DNA of 64,000 bases from positions 448,001 through 512,000 of the forward strand of contig OY782041.1 of NCBI GenBank assembly GCA_963677595.1. The letters are read 5' to 3'. Source of the stretch: Spirochaetia bacterium. GTDB taxonomy: Bacteria > Spirochaetota > Spirochaetia > CAKZLE01. A program made the translations under genes and the position numbers. The notes beneath the pieces are model-generated. The model ran no database searches and was not told where the DNA came from. It saw only the letters and a list, made by a program, of their open reading frames with translations. The stretch's first letter is position 1. Each line of letters starts with the position of its first letter. Positions 10,127 through 25,189 of the stretch are shown here, piece by piece.

Positions 10127-10161
10127 AAGTTAAGTATATTACAGGATAGAGAGATTATCAA
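10113..10161 (-). promoter_or_regulatory. umuD promoter with overlapping perfect palindrome
   Basis: TTGATA-17-TATACT-6nt-ATG on the minus strand; AATATACTTAAC-ataa-GTTAAGTATATT at 10113-10140. Confidence 0.75.
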
Positions 10162-10891
10162 CCTCAGGTATACCGGTATACTGAATATCACTGATCCCCG
10201 GCGCAGTAGAGGAACCATCCCGGGCATAGAGCGCTCGTGAGACGGGATGGGCGAACAGCTCATACTCCCTTCCGCCCATCAGCCGGTCCACCTCCTCCGC
10301 CGGCAGGGCGGCATCGAGCCATGCACCATAGTTCCCCGGTTCGATGAGCAGCGGCATACGGTGCTTCTTGTTGTGGATCGTGTCCACGATCCCGGCAGCA
10401 GGGACGGTGAGGACCGAGAAACCCCGGTAGGCCCTCCCGGTCTCCGGGCCGAACCAGTCCTCATAGATGCCGCCGAGGGCGAAGAGCTCTCCCTTCCGGT
10501 GAAGGTAGAAGGGGTAGCTCTTCCCCCCGTAGGCGTGCGGCTCGAAGAACCCGCTCACCGGGATGAGACAGCGCTTCTGCTGCTTCATCGAGTCCCGGAA
10601 CGAGGGAAGCTGCCGGACGGTCTCGCTCCTCGCATTCAGGGTCTTCTCCCTGATCGCTAGGGCTGCCTCCCGGTCCTTCGCCCAGCGGGGGACCAGTCCC
10701 CATACCCCGGAAGAGGCCATGCGCCTGTCACCCGCCGGGATGATCGGCCAGGCGGGGTGGGAGAACCCGGACCGCTGGTGATAGAGGATCCTGCCGCCAT
10801 CGGAGGCGAACGAGGGGTGACCCTCGAATACTGCGCCGAAGTCCTCCTCGAGCTGCAGCAGATCCGTGACGATCGACATATTGAAACACAT
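10139..10891 (-). CDS. SOS response-associated peptidase (SRAP/YedK/HMCES family)
   Basis: Start MCF gives catalytic Cys2; WGLVPRW, NARSET, GFFE and HNKKHRMP motifs. Confidence 0.9.
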   Translation of the reverse strand: MCFNMSIVTDLLQLEEDFGAVFEGHPSFASDGGRILYHQRSGFSHPAWPIIPAGDRRMASSGVWGLVPRWAKDREAALAIREKTLNARSETVRQLPSFRDSMKQQKRCLIPVSGFFEPHAYGGKSYPFYLHRKGELFALGGIYEDWFGPETGRAYRGFSVLTVPAAGIVDTIHNKKHRMPLLIEPGNYGAWLDAALPAEEVDRLMGGREYELFAHPVSRALYARDGSSTAPGISDIQYTGIPEVDNLSIL

Positions 10892-10984
10892 GGGACGTTC
10901 CCCCTTCCCCCCAATCCTATCACAGATGCAGATACCATACACTGATACCTACCGCTTTTTTCCGGTTTGTGGTATACTCCAGTC

Positions 10985-12400
10985 ATGCAACCGGCACACA
11001 CATTACTATGGTATGACCTGGAGACGTTCGGCACTCATACACAATACGACAGAATAGCTCAGTTCGCTGCCATCAGGACGAACATGGACCTCGAGATCGT
11101 CCAGGAACCCATGGTCCTCTACTGCAGGATCACCCCGGACTACCTCCCGGACCCCCTCGCCTGCCTGCTCACCGGAATCACGCCCCAGGACACCCTGGAG
11201 AAGGGGCTCCCTGAGAAGGAGTTCATCGACCGGGTCTTCACCGAGTTCTCCCGCCCCAATACCTGTGTCGTGGGCTATAACAACATCAGCTTCGATGATG
11301 AACTGGTACGGAATGCCCTCTACCGGAACTTCTACGATCCCTATGTGAGGGAGTACGCCAACGGGAACAGCAGGTGGGATGTCATGGACATGCTCAGGGC
11401 CGCACATGACCTGCGGCCTGATGGGATCACCTGGCCGAGGAATGAGAAGGACAGGCCCTCCTTCAAGCTCGAGCACCTGACGAAGGCCAACAACATCAGC
11501 CATGAGGATGCGCATGACGCCCTTGCCGATGTCTATGCGACCATCAGTGTCGCACGGCTCGTGAAGCAGCACCAGCCGAACCTCTACAACTATGCCTTCT
11601 CCCACCGGCTCAAGCGGACCCTCAAGGGTGAGATCGACATGCACAAGCAGACACCCTTCCTCCACACGGCGGGTTCCCATACGACCGAACACGGCTGTTC
11701 AGCACTGCTGATGCCGCTCGCGGCAGACCCGCACAACAGCAACGCGGTCTACTGCTTCGATCTCTCACACGACCCGGAGGAGCTGATTCACGCAAAGACG
11801 GAGGACCTGAGCTCTCACTTCATGCTTACTAAGGTCAGCCTCAACAAGTGTCCATTCATCTCACCCCTGTCGATCTTCACCGACGAGGTAGCAGACCGGC
11901 TCCATATCGACAAGGAGCTGTGCAGGAAGAACTACAAGCGCTTGAGGGAACGTCCTGACGTCATCGGGAAGATCCATGCCTTCTACGGTGCCCCCTACCA
12001 GGAAGCGAGTAATGACCCCGACTTCCAGATCTACTCCGGGGGCTTCTTCAATGACGATGATAAGGAACGCTTCTCCATCATCCACCGCGCTGATCCCGGG
12101 GACCTGCTGCAGCTGAACCTCAGGTTCGAGGACAAGAGGATCGCGGAGATGCTCTGGAGATACACCTGCAGGAACTATCCAGAGGCGCTCTCACCCGAAG
12201 AGAAGCGGAAGTGGGACAACTTCTGCGCGAGCAGGCTCCTCTTCCCTCCCGGGGATATCATGATCAGCTACCAGTTCTATACCCGGAAGATCAGGGAGAA
12301 GGCGGAGAGCAAGGAGACCACAGGTGAGCAGAAGCTCATCCTGAAAGCCCTCGAGGAGTACGGGAAGCAGGTCCACGACGCCGTGATCATAACGAGGTGA
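10985..12400 (+). CDS. sbcB: Exodeoxyribonuclease I
   Basis: [29 protein letters not shown] and [11 protein letters not shown] DEDDh motifs. Confidence 0.92.
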   Translation: MQPAHTLLWYDLETFGTHTQYDRIAQFAAIRTNMDLEIVQEPMVLYCRITPDYLPDPLACLLTGITPQDTLEKGLPEKEFIDRVFTEFSRPNTCVVGYNNISFDDELVRNALYRNFYDPYVREYANGNSRWDVMDMLRAAHDLRPDGITWPRNEKDRPSFKLEHLTKANNISHEDAHDALADVYATISVARLVKQHQPNLYNYAFSHRLKRTLKGEIDMHKQTPFLHTAGSHTTEHGCSALLMPLAADPHNSNAVYCFDLSHDPEELIHAKTEDLSSHFMLTKVSLNKCPFISPLSIFTDEVADRLHIDKELCRKNYKRLRERPDVIGKIHAFYGAPYQEASNDPDFQIYSGGFFNDDDKERFSIIHRADPGDLLQLNLRFEDKRIAEMLWRYTCRNYPEALSPEEKRKWDNFCASRLLFPPGDIMISYQFYTRKIREKAESKETTGEQKLILKALEEYGKQVHDAVIITR

Positions 12401-13583
12401 TCACCCCGGTCCTCAGGCCGACCCGCTTGAAGGCATCAATAGCACGATCCAGGTCCTCATCCGTGTGGGCAGCGGAGATCTGGACCCTGATCCTTGCCTT
12501 CCCCTTCGGCACGACGGGATAGACGAACCCGATCACGTAGATCCCCTCTTTCAGCAGCTCATCTGCGAACGAGACGGCAGTGACCTCATCATAGAGCATG
12601 ACCGGTACGATCGGCGTATCACCTCTCACGATATCGAATCCGGCTTTGACCATCTCAGACTTGAAATATCTCGCTGATTCGGTCACGCGCCTCCGTGCAG
12701 CTGAGTCGCCCTCGAGTTTGTCCAGCACGGCCAGGGTCCCCCCGACGACTGCCGGGGCAAGGGTGTTCGAGAAGAGATAGGGGCGTGAACGCTGCCTGAG
12801 CAGCTCGATGAGCTCCTTCCGACCGGAGGTACAGCCCCCGTTCGCACCGCCTAACGCCTTGCCGAAGGTGGTGGTGACCAGGTCGACACGACCAAGCACA
12901 CCGCAGTACTCGCTCGTCCCCCGGCCGTTCTCCCCGATGAATCCCGTGGCATGGGAGTCATCGACCATGACGAGGGCATCATACTTCTCGGCAAGGTCGC
13001 ATATCCCCTTCAGGTCTGCGATATCCCCATCCATGGAGAAGACCCCGTCGGTAGCGATCAGCCGGTACCGTGCATCCTTCGCCTCTACCAGGCACCGTTC
13101 CAGGTCCGCCATATCCGAATGGGCATAGCGGAACCTCCGGGCTTTGCACAGCCGGACCCCGTCGATGATGGAGGCATGGTTGAGCTCATCGGAGATGAGT
13201 GCATCCTCCGCTCCGAGCAATGGTTCGAAGAGCCCGCCGTTCGCATCGAAGCAGGCGGCATAGAGGATGGTATCCTCGGTGCCGAGGAACCTGCTCACCC
13301 TGCTCTCCAGCTCCTTGTGGATCGCCTGGGTCCCGCAGATGAACCTGACCGAGGAGAGGCCGTAGCCCCACTCCCGCATCGTCCGGGAAGCCGCCTCGAC
13401 CACATCGGGGTCATTGGCGAGGCCGAGGTAGTTGTTCGCGCAGAAGTTCAGCACCTCCTCTCCCGTCGACACCTGTATATGGGAATCCTGCGGGGTCGTG
13501 ATGATGCGTTCCCGCTTGTAGAGCCCCTGTGTATCCAGCTCCTTGAACAGACTCCTAAGGTCATCCTTCATCCTGTCAAACAT
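12387..13583 (-). CDS. kbl: Glycine C-acetyltransferase (2-amino-3-ketobutyrate CoA ligase)
   Basis: [31 protein letters not shown] and [11 protein letters not shown] motifs. Confidence 0.95.
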   Translation of the reverse strand: MFDRMKDDLRSLFKELDTQGLYKRERIITTPQDSHIQVSTGEEVLNFCANNYLGLANDPDVVEAASRTMREWGYGLSSVRFICGTQAIHKELESRVSRFLGTEDTILYAACFDANGGLFEPLLGAEDALISDELNHASIIDGVRLCKARRFRYAHSDMADLERCLVEAKDARYRLIATDGVFSMDGDIADLKGICDLAEKYDALVMVDDSHATGFIGENGRGTSEYCGVLGRVDLVTTTFGKALGGANGGCTSGRKELIELLRQRSRPYLFSNTLAPAVVGGTLAVLDKLEGDSAARRRVTESARYFKSEMVKAGFDIVRGDTPIVPVMLYDEVTAVSFADELLKEGIYVIGFVYPVVPKGKARIRVQISAAHTDEDLDRAIDAFKRVGLRTGVITSL

Positions 13584-14544
13584 CCTCTTTGCCTCCTCTT
13601 CTTCTGTCCTGCAGGGTCCTGATCATATCTGCAGTCATGGCATGCAGGTCATACTTCGGCTTCCAGCCCCACTCGACCCTGGCAGCATAATCCTCAAGGG
13701 AGTTGGGCCAGGAATCGGCGATAGCCTGCTTCACCGGGTCGATCTTGTAGCTGATCTGGAAATCCGGTATATGGTTCCTGATATAGGCTGCCTGCTCTTC
13801 CGGGCAGAAGCTCATCGCGGTCACGTTGAAGGCATTGCGATGCCTCAGCCGGCCCCCGTCAGCCTCCATGATGGAGACAGCAGCCTCCACAGCATCAGGC
13901 ATATACATCATGTCAAGGTAGGTGCTGCCTGAGAGCGGACATTCGTACCTTCCCTGCTCGACTGCCGCATAGTAGATCTCGACGGCATAGTCGGTCGTCC
14001 CGCCCCCGGGAGGGGTCATGTTCGAGATGATCCCGGGGTACCGGACCCCTCTCGTATCGACATCGTACTTATGGTAGTAGTAGTCGCACAAGAGCTCTCC
14101 CGCCACCTTCGTGATGCCGTACATGGAAGTAGGCCGCTGTACCGTATCCTGCGGCGTGAAGTCCTTCGGTGTGGTCGGCCCGAAGGAACCGATGGATGAG
14201 GGGGTGAAGATCGAGCACCCCTCGCCCCTGGCCACCTCTAAGGCTACCATGAGCCCGTTCATGTTGATATCCCAGGCTACCTGGGGCTTCATCTCCGCTG
14301 TCGCGGAGAGCAGCGCAGCCAGGTGGTAGATCGTATCGACCCGGTATTCCCTCACCAGCTCGGCCAGCCGCTCCCCATCCCGGCAGTCCACCTTGTAGAA
14401 CGGCCCTGAATTGACCAGTTCCACGTTGGCATCATCCCTGATGTCGGTGAGGATGACGTTATCGCACCCGTACCGCTCCCTCAGTGCTACGGCGATCTCA
14501 GATCCGAGCTGTCCGAGTGACCCGTTTATCATAATCCGTTTCAT
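13576..14544 (-). CDS. tdh: L-threonine 3-dehydrogenase (SDR/epimerase type)
   Basis: [22 protein letters not shown] and IADSWP motifs; operonic with kbl. Confidence 0.88.
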   Translation of the reverse strand: MKRIMINGSLGQLGSEIAVALRERYGCDNVILTDIRDDANVELVNSGPFYKVDCRDGERLAELVREYRVDTIYHLAALLSATAEMKPQVAWDINMNGLMVALEVARGEGCSIFTPSSIGSFGPTTPKDFTPQDTVQRPTSMYGITKVAGELLCDYYYHKYDVDTRGVRYPGIISNMTPPGGGTTDYAVEIYYAAVEQGRYECPLSGSTYLDMMYMPDAVEAAVSIMEADGGRLRHRNAFNVTAMSFCPEEQAAYIRNHIPDFQISYKIDPVKQAIADSWPNSLEDYAARVEWGWKPKYDLHAMTADMIRTLQDRRRGGKEDV

Positions 14545-14582
14545 GAACTCTTACCTGCCTCTCTTTCTTGACGAATATCCTG

Positions 14583-14662
14583 ATTCACAATACAATATAG
14601 TGAACTGTTTTCATTATAGTAAACTTGTTTCACTATGTCAAACCTGTTCCACTATATCAAAC
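14583..14662. promoter_or_regulatory. Array of putative XRE-cupin operator boxes
   Basis: Repeated GTT(T/C)CACTAT...AAC units about 19-20 bp apart between divergent tdh and regulator genes. Confidence 0.55.
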
Positions 14663-14685
14663 AGAGACCGGTAAGGAGATAATCA

Positions 14686-15264
14686 ATGGAAAGACCACCG
14701 AAGATCGGCAAGAACATCCAGCAGCTGAGGAATTCACAGGGATTCACCCTGAACGTGCTCTCCGAGCGCAGCGGGGTATCCAAGGCGATGCTGAGCCAGA
14801 TAGAATCTGATAAAGTCAACCCGACGGTCGCGACCGTATGGAAGATAGCCCAAGGCCTCGGGGTCGAGATACATTCGCTCCTCGCGGGTGACACTGAACC
14901 CCAGCGGAAGTTCAGGATCAACCGGTACGAGAACATCACCACCCTCGACACCGATGATGAGGGAGTCCACATCCACGTACTCTCCCCCCTGAGCATGGTG
15001 GAGGATCTTGAGATGTATATCCTGACCATCGCCCCGGGTGCCAGTCTCTCCTCGGATGCCCACTTCCCGAAGACCGAGGAGTTCCTCTCGGTCATCAAGG
15101 GGGAGGTCAGGGTGCGGGCCGGTTCCAATACCGGTGACCTGAAGAAGGGGGATTTCATCTCATACCACTGTGATATCGAGCACTCCATAGAGAATATCGG
15201 GAAGAGCGAGGCGAAGGTCCACCTCGTCGTGCGGTACAACCAGCAGATCAGCTCCGGACAATAG
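14686..15264 (+). CDS. XRE-family HTH regulator with cupin domain
   Basis: LSERSGVSKAMLSQIE and NPTVATVWKIA HTH; C-terminal cupin. Confidence 0.9.
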   Translation: MERPPKIGKNIQQLRNSQGFTLNVLSERSGVSKAMLSQIESDKVNPTVATVWKIAQGLGVEIHSLLAGDTEPQRKFRINRYENITTLDTDDEGVHIHVLSPLSMVEDLEMYILTIAPGASLSSDAHFPKTEEFLSVIKGEVRVRAGSNTGDLKKGDFISYHCDIEHSIENIGKSEAKVHLVVRYNQQISSGQ

Positions 15265-16615
15265 GGACGATGCGTCCCTCCTTCCGGGCCCGTTCGGCAG
15301 CGAAGCCGATCCGGTAGCTCACAAGGAGCTCCTCGAGTGTTGGGGTACTGTCCTCCTCATGGTTGAGGAAGATCGATTCCATCAGCCCGATGTCCCCTCC
15401 GCCGTGACCGGAGGGGGTATTCTTCTCCTCCCAGAGCAGCCACTTCTTCCCATCTCGGTGATCGAAGTACCAGAGCCGTTCCCCGGCCATGGTGAACCAC
15501 CCCTCGAGGGTCCCTGCCGAACCGTCGATACGGATCCACCGTCCCTCGAGGTAGGAGTGGCCCTCCATGGTAAGGACCGCACTCTTCCCGCCTGCTGTCT
15601 GCATCATGACCACCTGGTGGTCGGGCACGTCATTGTCACAGCGGTATACACACCTCCCGTAGGGTCCGTCCTTCAGGGCAGCGAGCTTCCCTTCGGCAGT
15701 GAGGTCGGTAGTGACAGCCGTGGCAGGCCAGAGGTCCCATTCCGAGAGGAACCTCAGCGGCCTGAACCTGCTGCAGAGTTTTCTCACGAACTCAGGGCAT
15801 GCGGTGATGAACGTACCTGCTGCCCTGAGCAGCCGGCTCTCAGCATGCCGGAACCCGCTGACTAACGGCAGAGCCTGCCGGTAGACCCGCGGGGCATACC
15901 AGGGGCATGTCCTCTCTTCCGGACATCCGTCCAGGCAGTAAGGGGGAGCCCCCGCAGGTGCATGTGCCCCGGTGTACCACGTAAGGGCCCCGGTCGAGGC
16001 GACGGAGATGACAGGATCGTCGAGCAGCCAGGAGATGATGTCTATGTCATGGCAGCATTTGGCGATGACCACCGGGGAGGAGTCTGCCTCCCTCCGCCAG
16101 TTCCCCCTCACATAGGAGTGGGAGAAGTGCCAGTAGGTGACGTGCTCAGCCTGCTCGATATGGATGATCTCCCCGATGAGTCCTGAGGCGATGCTTCGTT
16201 TCACGGTTGAGAAGAACCCGGTATACCTGAGGACGTGGCAGAGGTAGAGCTTCCGCCCCAGCTGCTTCGCTGTACGGTAGACCCTCTCGCACTCCTCTTC
16301 GGTCACCCCGAGCGGCTTCTCGAGGATCACGTCGTACCCGATCTCCATCGCGGCGACTGCAGGCCCCGCATGGAGCCGGTCCTGGGTGCAGATCAACGCT
16401 ATATCGGCCGGTATGCGCTCCTGCAGCAGTTCTTCGTACGTAGGGAAGAGCGCTTTCTCCCCTAAAGAGAAGAGCTTCGCGGCAGCGGACCTCCGGAGGG
16501 GGTCAGGTTCTGCGACCGCGGTTACCCGCGCAGCCTCCGGATGGGAGGCGAGCCAGGTCCCGTAGATATCAAGGCCCCTGAGCCCTGCCCCGATGAGTAC
16601 TACCCGCTTGACCAT
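15248..16615 (-). CDS. Gfo/Idh/MocA family oxidoreductase
   Basis: IGAGLRG, ILEKP, HSYVRGNWR, KCCHDID and HGGGD motifs. Confidence 0.88.
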   Translation of the reverse strand: MVKRVVLIGAGLRGLDIYGTWLASHPEAARVTAVAEPDPLRRSAAAKLFSLGEKALFPTYEELLQERIPADIALICTQDRLHAGPAVAAMEIGYDVILEKPLGVTEEECERVYRTAKQLGRKLYLCHVLRYTGFFSTVKRSIASGLIGEIIHIEQAEHVTYWHFSHSYVRGNWRREADSSPVVIAKCCHDIDIISWLLDDPVISVASTGALTWYTGAHAPAGAPPYCLDGCPEERTCPWYAPRVYRQALPLVSGFRHAESRLLRAAGTFITACPEFVRKLCSRFRPLRFLSEWDLWPATAVTTDLTAEGKLAALKDGPYGRCVYRCDNDVPDHQVVMMQTAGGKSAVLTMEGHSYLEGRWIRIDGSAGTLEGWFTMAGERLWYFDHRDGKKWLLWEEKNTPSGHGGGDIGLMESIFLNHEEDSTPTLEELLVSYRIGFAAERARKEGRIVPIVRS

Positions 16616-16617
16616 GG

Positions 16618-17115
16618 TCAGGTTCCCGTATGGTTGTGGAGATACTCCTCTACCTGGTCAGGGTCAAGATCATCAAGGGGATGCTCATCGCAGTAGGAGG
16701 AGAAACGCCGGAGCCACTGGTCCTTCCCTCCCTCCTGCTCATACTGGTACCGCATGAACTGAATGAGGTGCCTGAGGGTATGGCGATTGAGCCCATGCTC
16801 CATCATGCAGGCCTGTTCCTCGGCTTCCCCGGGTTCGATCCCGATGATCCGCTCGAAGAACTCACAGATGATCCGGTGCTTCTGGAAGACGAACTTCGCC
16901 TGGTTCTCGCCGGCCTCAGTCAGGGTTACCAGGCCGTAGGGCTCGTAATTGACCAAGCCTTCCCGTGCAAGGGTCTGCAGGGCGGAGGTGACGCTCGGCT
17001 TGCTGACATCCAGCTCCTCGGCGATCTCCTTCGGTCGTACCACCGGTTTCTCCTGCAGGATCTTATGGATCGCCTCGAGGTAATCCTCCTGGTTGCTCGT
17101 CATCTTTCTTTTCAC
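16618..17115 (-). CDS. DtxR/MntR family metal-dependent regulator
   Basis: EDYLEAI, VSKPSVT HTH and ACMMEH metal-site motifs. Confidence 0.9.
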   Translation of the reverse strand: MKRKMTSNQEDYLEAIHKILQEKPVVRPKEIAEELDVSKPSVTSALQTLAREGLVNYEPYGLVTLTEAGENQAKFVFQKHRIICEFFERIIGIEPGEAEEQACMMEHGLNRHTLRHLIQFMRYQYEQEGGKDQWLRRFSSYCDEHPLDDLDPDQVEEYLHNHTGT

Positions 17116-17223
17116 CTGCTCACTTCCTTATCTTCCGTATCATCAGTCAGTGTACCCGCTATCTGCTTCATCCGTCAACAATGGTATTGCATCACCCAAA
17201 CCATTTGGCTATACTCGCACATT

Positions 17224-18108
17224 ATGTGGAAATACTACTCGAAAGCCATACTTGCCTGCCTGCTCTGGTCAACTGCCTTCGCAGGTGTCAAGCTGGGACT
17301 CACCTACGCTGATCCCCTCTTCTTCGCAGGCATCAGGTTCATGCTCGCGGGGCTGCTCGTACTGCTGCTGACCAAAGAGCGTAAGAACCTCCTGGGCTTC
17401 CTGAAAGCCAGCTGGAGGACAGCCCTCCTCGTCGGCCTGCTACAGACAGGGATCATGTACGGTCTCTACTTCAACGGGGTCAACCTGCTCCCGGCAGCCA
17501 TTGCCGCGATCATAAACGGTGCAGGACCTCTCGTTACCGCGATCACCACCCATTTCTGCATCTCCAACGACCGGCTGAACCGCCAGAAGGTCATCAGCCT
17601 CTCCATTGCCCTCACAGGGGTCATCCTGATCAGTATCGGCAGGAACAGCGGTACCCCGACAGGGAACGCCGAGCTGCTGGGGATCGGGCTGCTCATCCTA
17701 TCGAGCGTCACGAACGCATTCAGCCAGGTGATCGTCAAGACCCGGCCGAACAGCCCGCTCCTGCTCAATGCTACCCAGCTCTTCATCGGGGGCTTCATGC
17801 TGCTCGCTGCCTCACTGATCTTCGAGGGCAGGCCGACCTTCGACCTCCCGCTCGAGTTCTATGGGGCTCTCCTCTGGCTGAGCATCGTCTCCGCCGCGGC
17901 ATTCTCGATCTGGTACACCATGCTGCAGGTACCGGAGATCAAGGTGAGTGAGATCAACATCTTCAAGTTCATCATCCCGGTAGCCGGTGCGATCCTGAGC
18001 TGGATCATCTTCCCCGCCGACAAGGCGGACCTCATCAGCGTCACCGGCATGGTGATCATCGCCTTCTCGGTCCTGCTCTACTACCGCAACCGCCCGGAAC
18101 GCATCTAG
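17224..18108 (+). CDS. DMT/EamA family transporter
   Basis: LLWSTAF, FAGIRF and about 10 TM segments; start reassigned to ATG 17224. Confidence 0.85.
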   Translation: MWKYYSKAILACLLWSTAFAGVKLGLTYADPLFFAGIRFMLAGLLVLLLTKERKNLLGFLKASWRTALLVGLLQTGIMYGLYFNGVNLLPAAIAAIINGAGPLVTAITTHFCISNDRLNRQKVISLSIALTGVILISIGRNSGTPTGNAELLGIGLLILSSVTNAFSQVIVKTRPNSPLLLNATQLFIGGFMLLAASLIFEGRPTFDLPLEFYGALLWLSIVSAAAFSIWYTMLQVPEIKVSEINIFKFIIPVAGAILSWIIFPADKADLISVTGMVIIAFSVLLYYRNRPERI

Positions 18109-18626
18109 AACTCGATCCCCTTCTGCGCGGGGATCCCCCGGGTGAAGTGATGCTTCACATCCCGGATCTCCGAGACCATATCGGCGAGTTCTATGACTGG
18201 TTCCGGCATCTTCCTCCCGGTCAGCAGCAGCGTCGGGAGTTCCTCCCGATGCCCTGAGAGCCAGGAGACCACTTCTCCCGCATCGAGCCACCCATAGGTG
18301 AGCACATAGGAGATCTCATCGAGGAGGATGAGGTCATAGCGCCCTGAGAGCATCCAGCGTTTCGCCTGCTCCCAGCCGTTGCGGACCTCCTCGATGGACC
18401 TGCTGTGATCCTTCTCCTTCCAGGTGAACCCGTTCCCGTAATTCTCCCAGTCGATCCCGAGTCTCTTTGCCGTCTTGTATTCGCCCCAGTCTTCCGGCCC
18501 GCTCTTGATGAACTGGAGCACCCCGCACTGCCCCCCATGGCCGCAGGCCCTGAAGATCATCCCGAGTGCCGCTGTCGTCTTTCCCTTTCCGTTGCCGGTA
18601 TAGACCCCTATTATGTTCTGTTTCAT
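18105..18626 (-). CDS. cobO: Cob(I)alamin adenosyltransferase (CobO/BtuR)
   Basis: YTGNGKGKTTAALG, QFIK, LDE, LTGR, GIEF motifs. Confidence 0.92.
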   Translation of the reverse strand: MKQNIIGVYTGNGKGKTTAALGMIFRACGHGGQCGVLQFIKSGPEDWGEYKTAKRLGIDWENYGNGFTWKEKDHSRSIEEVRNGWEQAKRWMLSGRYDLILLDEISYVLTYGWLDAGEVVSWLSGHREELPTLLLTGRKMPEPVIELADMVSEIRDVKHHFTRGIPAQKGIEF

Positions 18627-18684
18627 CTCATGATCATACCACCTCTTCTTGATGTTGTCATGCACTCGAACTATACTGTCACGC

Positions 18685-23696
<5,012 letters not shown>

Positions 23697-23717
23697 CCAA
23701 TACTGAACAATTCATTC

Positions 23718-23754
23718 AAGAAGAACCCGCTCATTGTAAGCGGGTTCTTCTCTT
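23718..23754. terminator. Terminator hairpin between convergent genes
   Basis: GAAGAACCCGCT-cattgta-AGCGGGTTCTTC 12-bp stem. Confidence 0.75.
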
Positions 23755-23773
23755 CTGGGGCAATGAAAGATTC

Positions 23774-25189
23774 TTATAGCGACTTCAGGTATGCATCGAT
23801 GCCTTCAGCGGCATTCCGTCCCTGCGCAATGGCATGGACCACCAGGGAGGCTCCCATGACGGCATCACCGGTAGCGAACACACCGTCTACCGAGCTCATG
23901 TAGTCCTCTTCCACGGCGATGTTTCCGCGTTCATCGGTAGCGAGGCCGAAGCCTTCAACCAGGGGAGAGTCCTTGTAGGGAACGAACCCCATACTCAGCA
24001 GCACGATGTCAGCATCGATGAGGAAGTCCGATCCGGTGATCTCCTTGAAGGATCGCCCTTCCCAGTCCAGCCGGGCACAGCCGACCTTGGTGACCTTCCC
24101 GTTCTTGCCGTAGATCTCCTTGGTGGCGATGCTCCAGAGACGCTCGCAGCCCTCCTTGTGGGAGGTCGAGGTCCTCAGGATCCTCGGCCACTCCGGCCAG
24201 GGGTTCCCTACCTCACGGCCCTCCGACGGCTGGGGGAGCAGCTCGATCTGGGTCACGGACTTGCAGCCGCGCCTGATCACGGAACCGACACAGTCAGAAC
24301 CGGTGTCCCCGCCCCCGATGACCACGATCTTCTTCCCCTTGGGATCGATCAGCTCATCCTTGGGGATGGTGTCTCCAAGCACCTGTTTCGTCTGCTGGGC
24401 AAGGAAATCGAGGGCAAAGTAGACCCCCTTGAGGTCCCTGCCGGGAACAGCGAGGTCCCTCGGCTTCGGGGTACCCGCAGCGATCAGCACCACATCGTAG
24501 TTCTTCTTGAGGTAACGGGTCGAAATATCACGCCCGACCTCGACCTCGGTCTCGAATTTCACACCCTCAGCCCGCATCTGGTCGAGCCGTCTCTCGACGA
24601 CCCCCTTCTCCAGCTTGAAGTTCGGGATGCCGTACATGAGCAGCCCGCCGATCCGGTCGGACTTCTCGAACACGGTGACATCATGTCCCTGGCGGGCGAG
24701 CTGCTGGGCTGCAGCAAGGCCTGATGGCCCTGACCCGATCACGGCAATGCTCTTTCCGGTCTTAACCGGTGCGACCTGGGGGGTGATCCACCCCTGCTCC
24801 CAGCCGTGCTCGGCGATCTTCATCTCGATATGCTGACAGGTCGTCGGCTCATCATTGATCGAGAGGGTACAGGCCGCCTCACAGAGGGCGGGACAGATCC
24901 TCCCGGTGAAATCAGGGAAGTTGTTCGTCGAATGGAGGAGCTCTAAGGCCTCCTCCCAGTTGTCATGGTAGAGGGCATCGGAGTAGTCCGGGACCCTGTT
25001 CCCCACCGGGCAGCCGTACATATGGCAGAACGGCACACCGCAGTCCATGCACCGGTTAGCCTGCTTCTTGATCTGCTCATCGGAGAGATCTACCTGGACC
25101 GGATCGAAATCCTTCTTACGCTCATCCACGGGCCGGTACGATGGTGCTTGCCGGTCGATCGTCATGAATCCATTATGTTTAGCCATCAT
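23774..25189 (-). CDS. gltD: Glutamate synthase small subunit
   Basis: RCMDCGVPFC, GRICPALCE, IGSGPSG and IGGGDTGSDC motifs. Confidence 0.95.
   Translation of the reverse strand: MMAKHNGFMTIDRQAPSYRPVDERKKDFDPVQVDLSDEQIKKQANRCMDCGVPFCHMYGCPVGNRVPDYSDALYHDNWEEALELLHSTNNFPDFTGRICPALCEAACTLSINDEPTTCQHIEMKIAEHGWEQGWITPQVAPVKTGKSIAVIGSGPSGLAAAQQLARQGHDVTVFEKSDRIGGLLMYGIPNFKLEKGVVERRLDQMRAEGVKFETEVEVGRDISTRYLKKNYDVVLIAAGTPKPRDLAVPGRDLKGVYFALDFLAQQTKQVLGDTIPKDELIDPKGKKIVVIGGGDTGSDCVGSVIRRGCKSVTQIELLPQPSEGREVGNPWPEWPRILRTSTSHKEGCERLWSIATKEIYGKNGKVTKVGCARLDWEGRSFKEITGSDFLIDADIVLLSMGFVPYKDSPLVEGFGLATDERGNIAVEEDYMSSVDGVFATGDAVMGASLVVHAIAQGRNAAEGIDAYLKSL

Noticed and set aside
16630-17223. N-terminal extension making a 492-aa ORF
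   Set aside because: Antisense to the DtxR-family gene; EamA homology and a -10 box point to ATG 17224.
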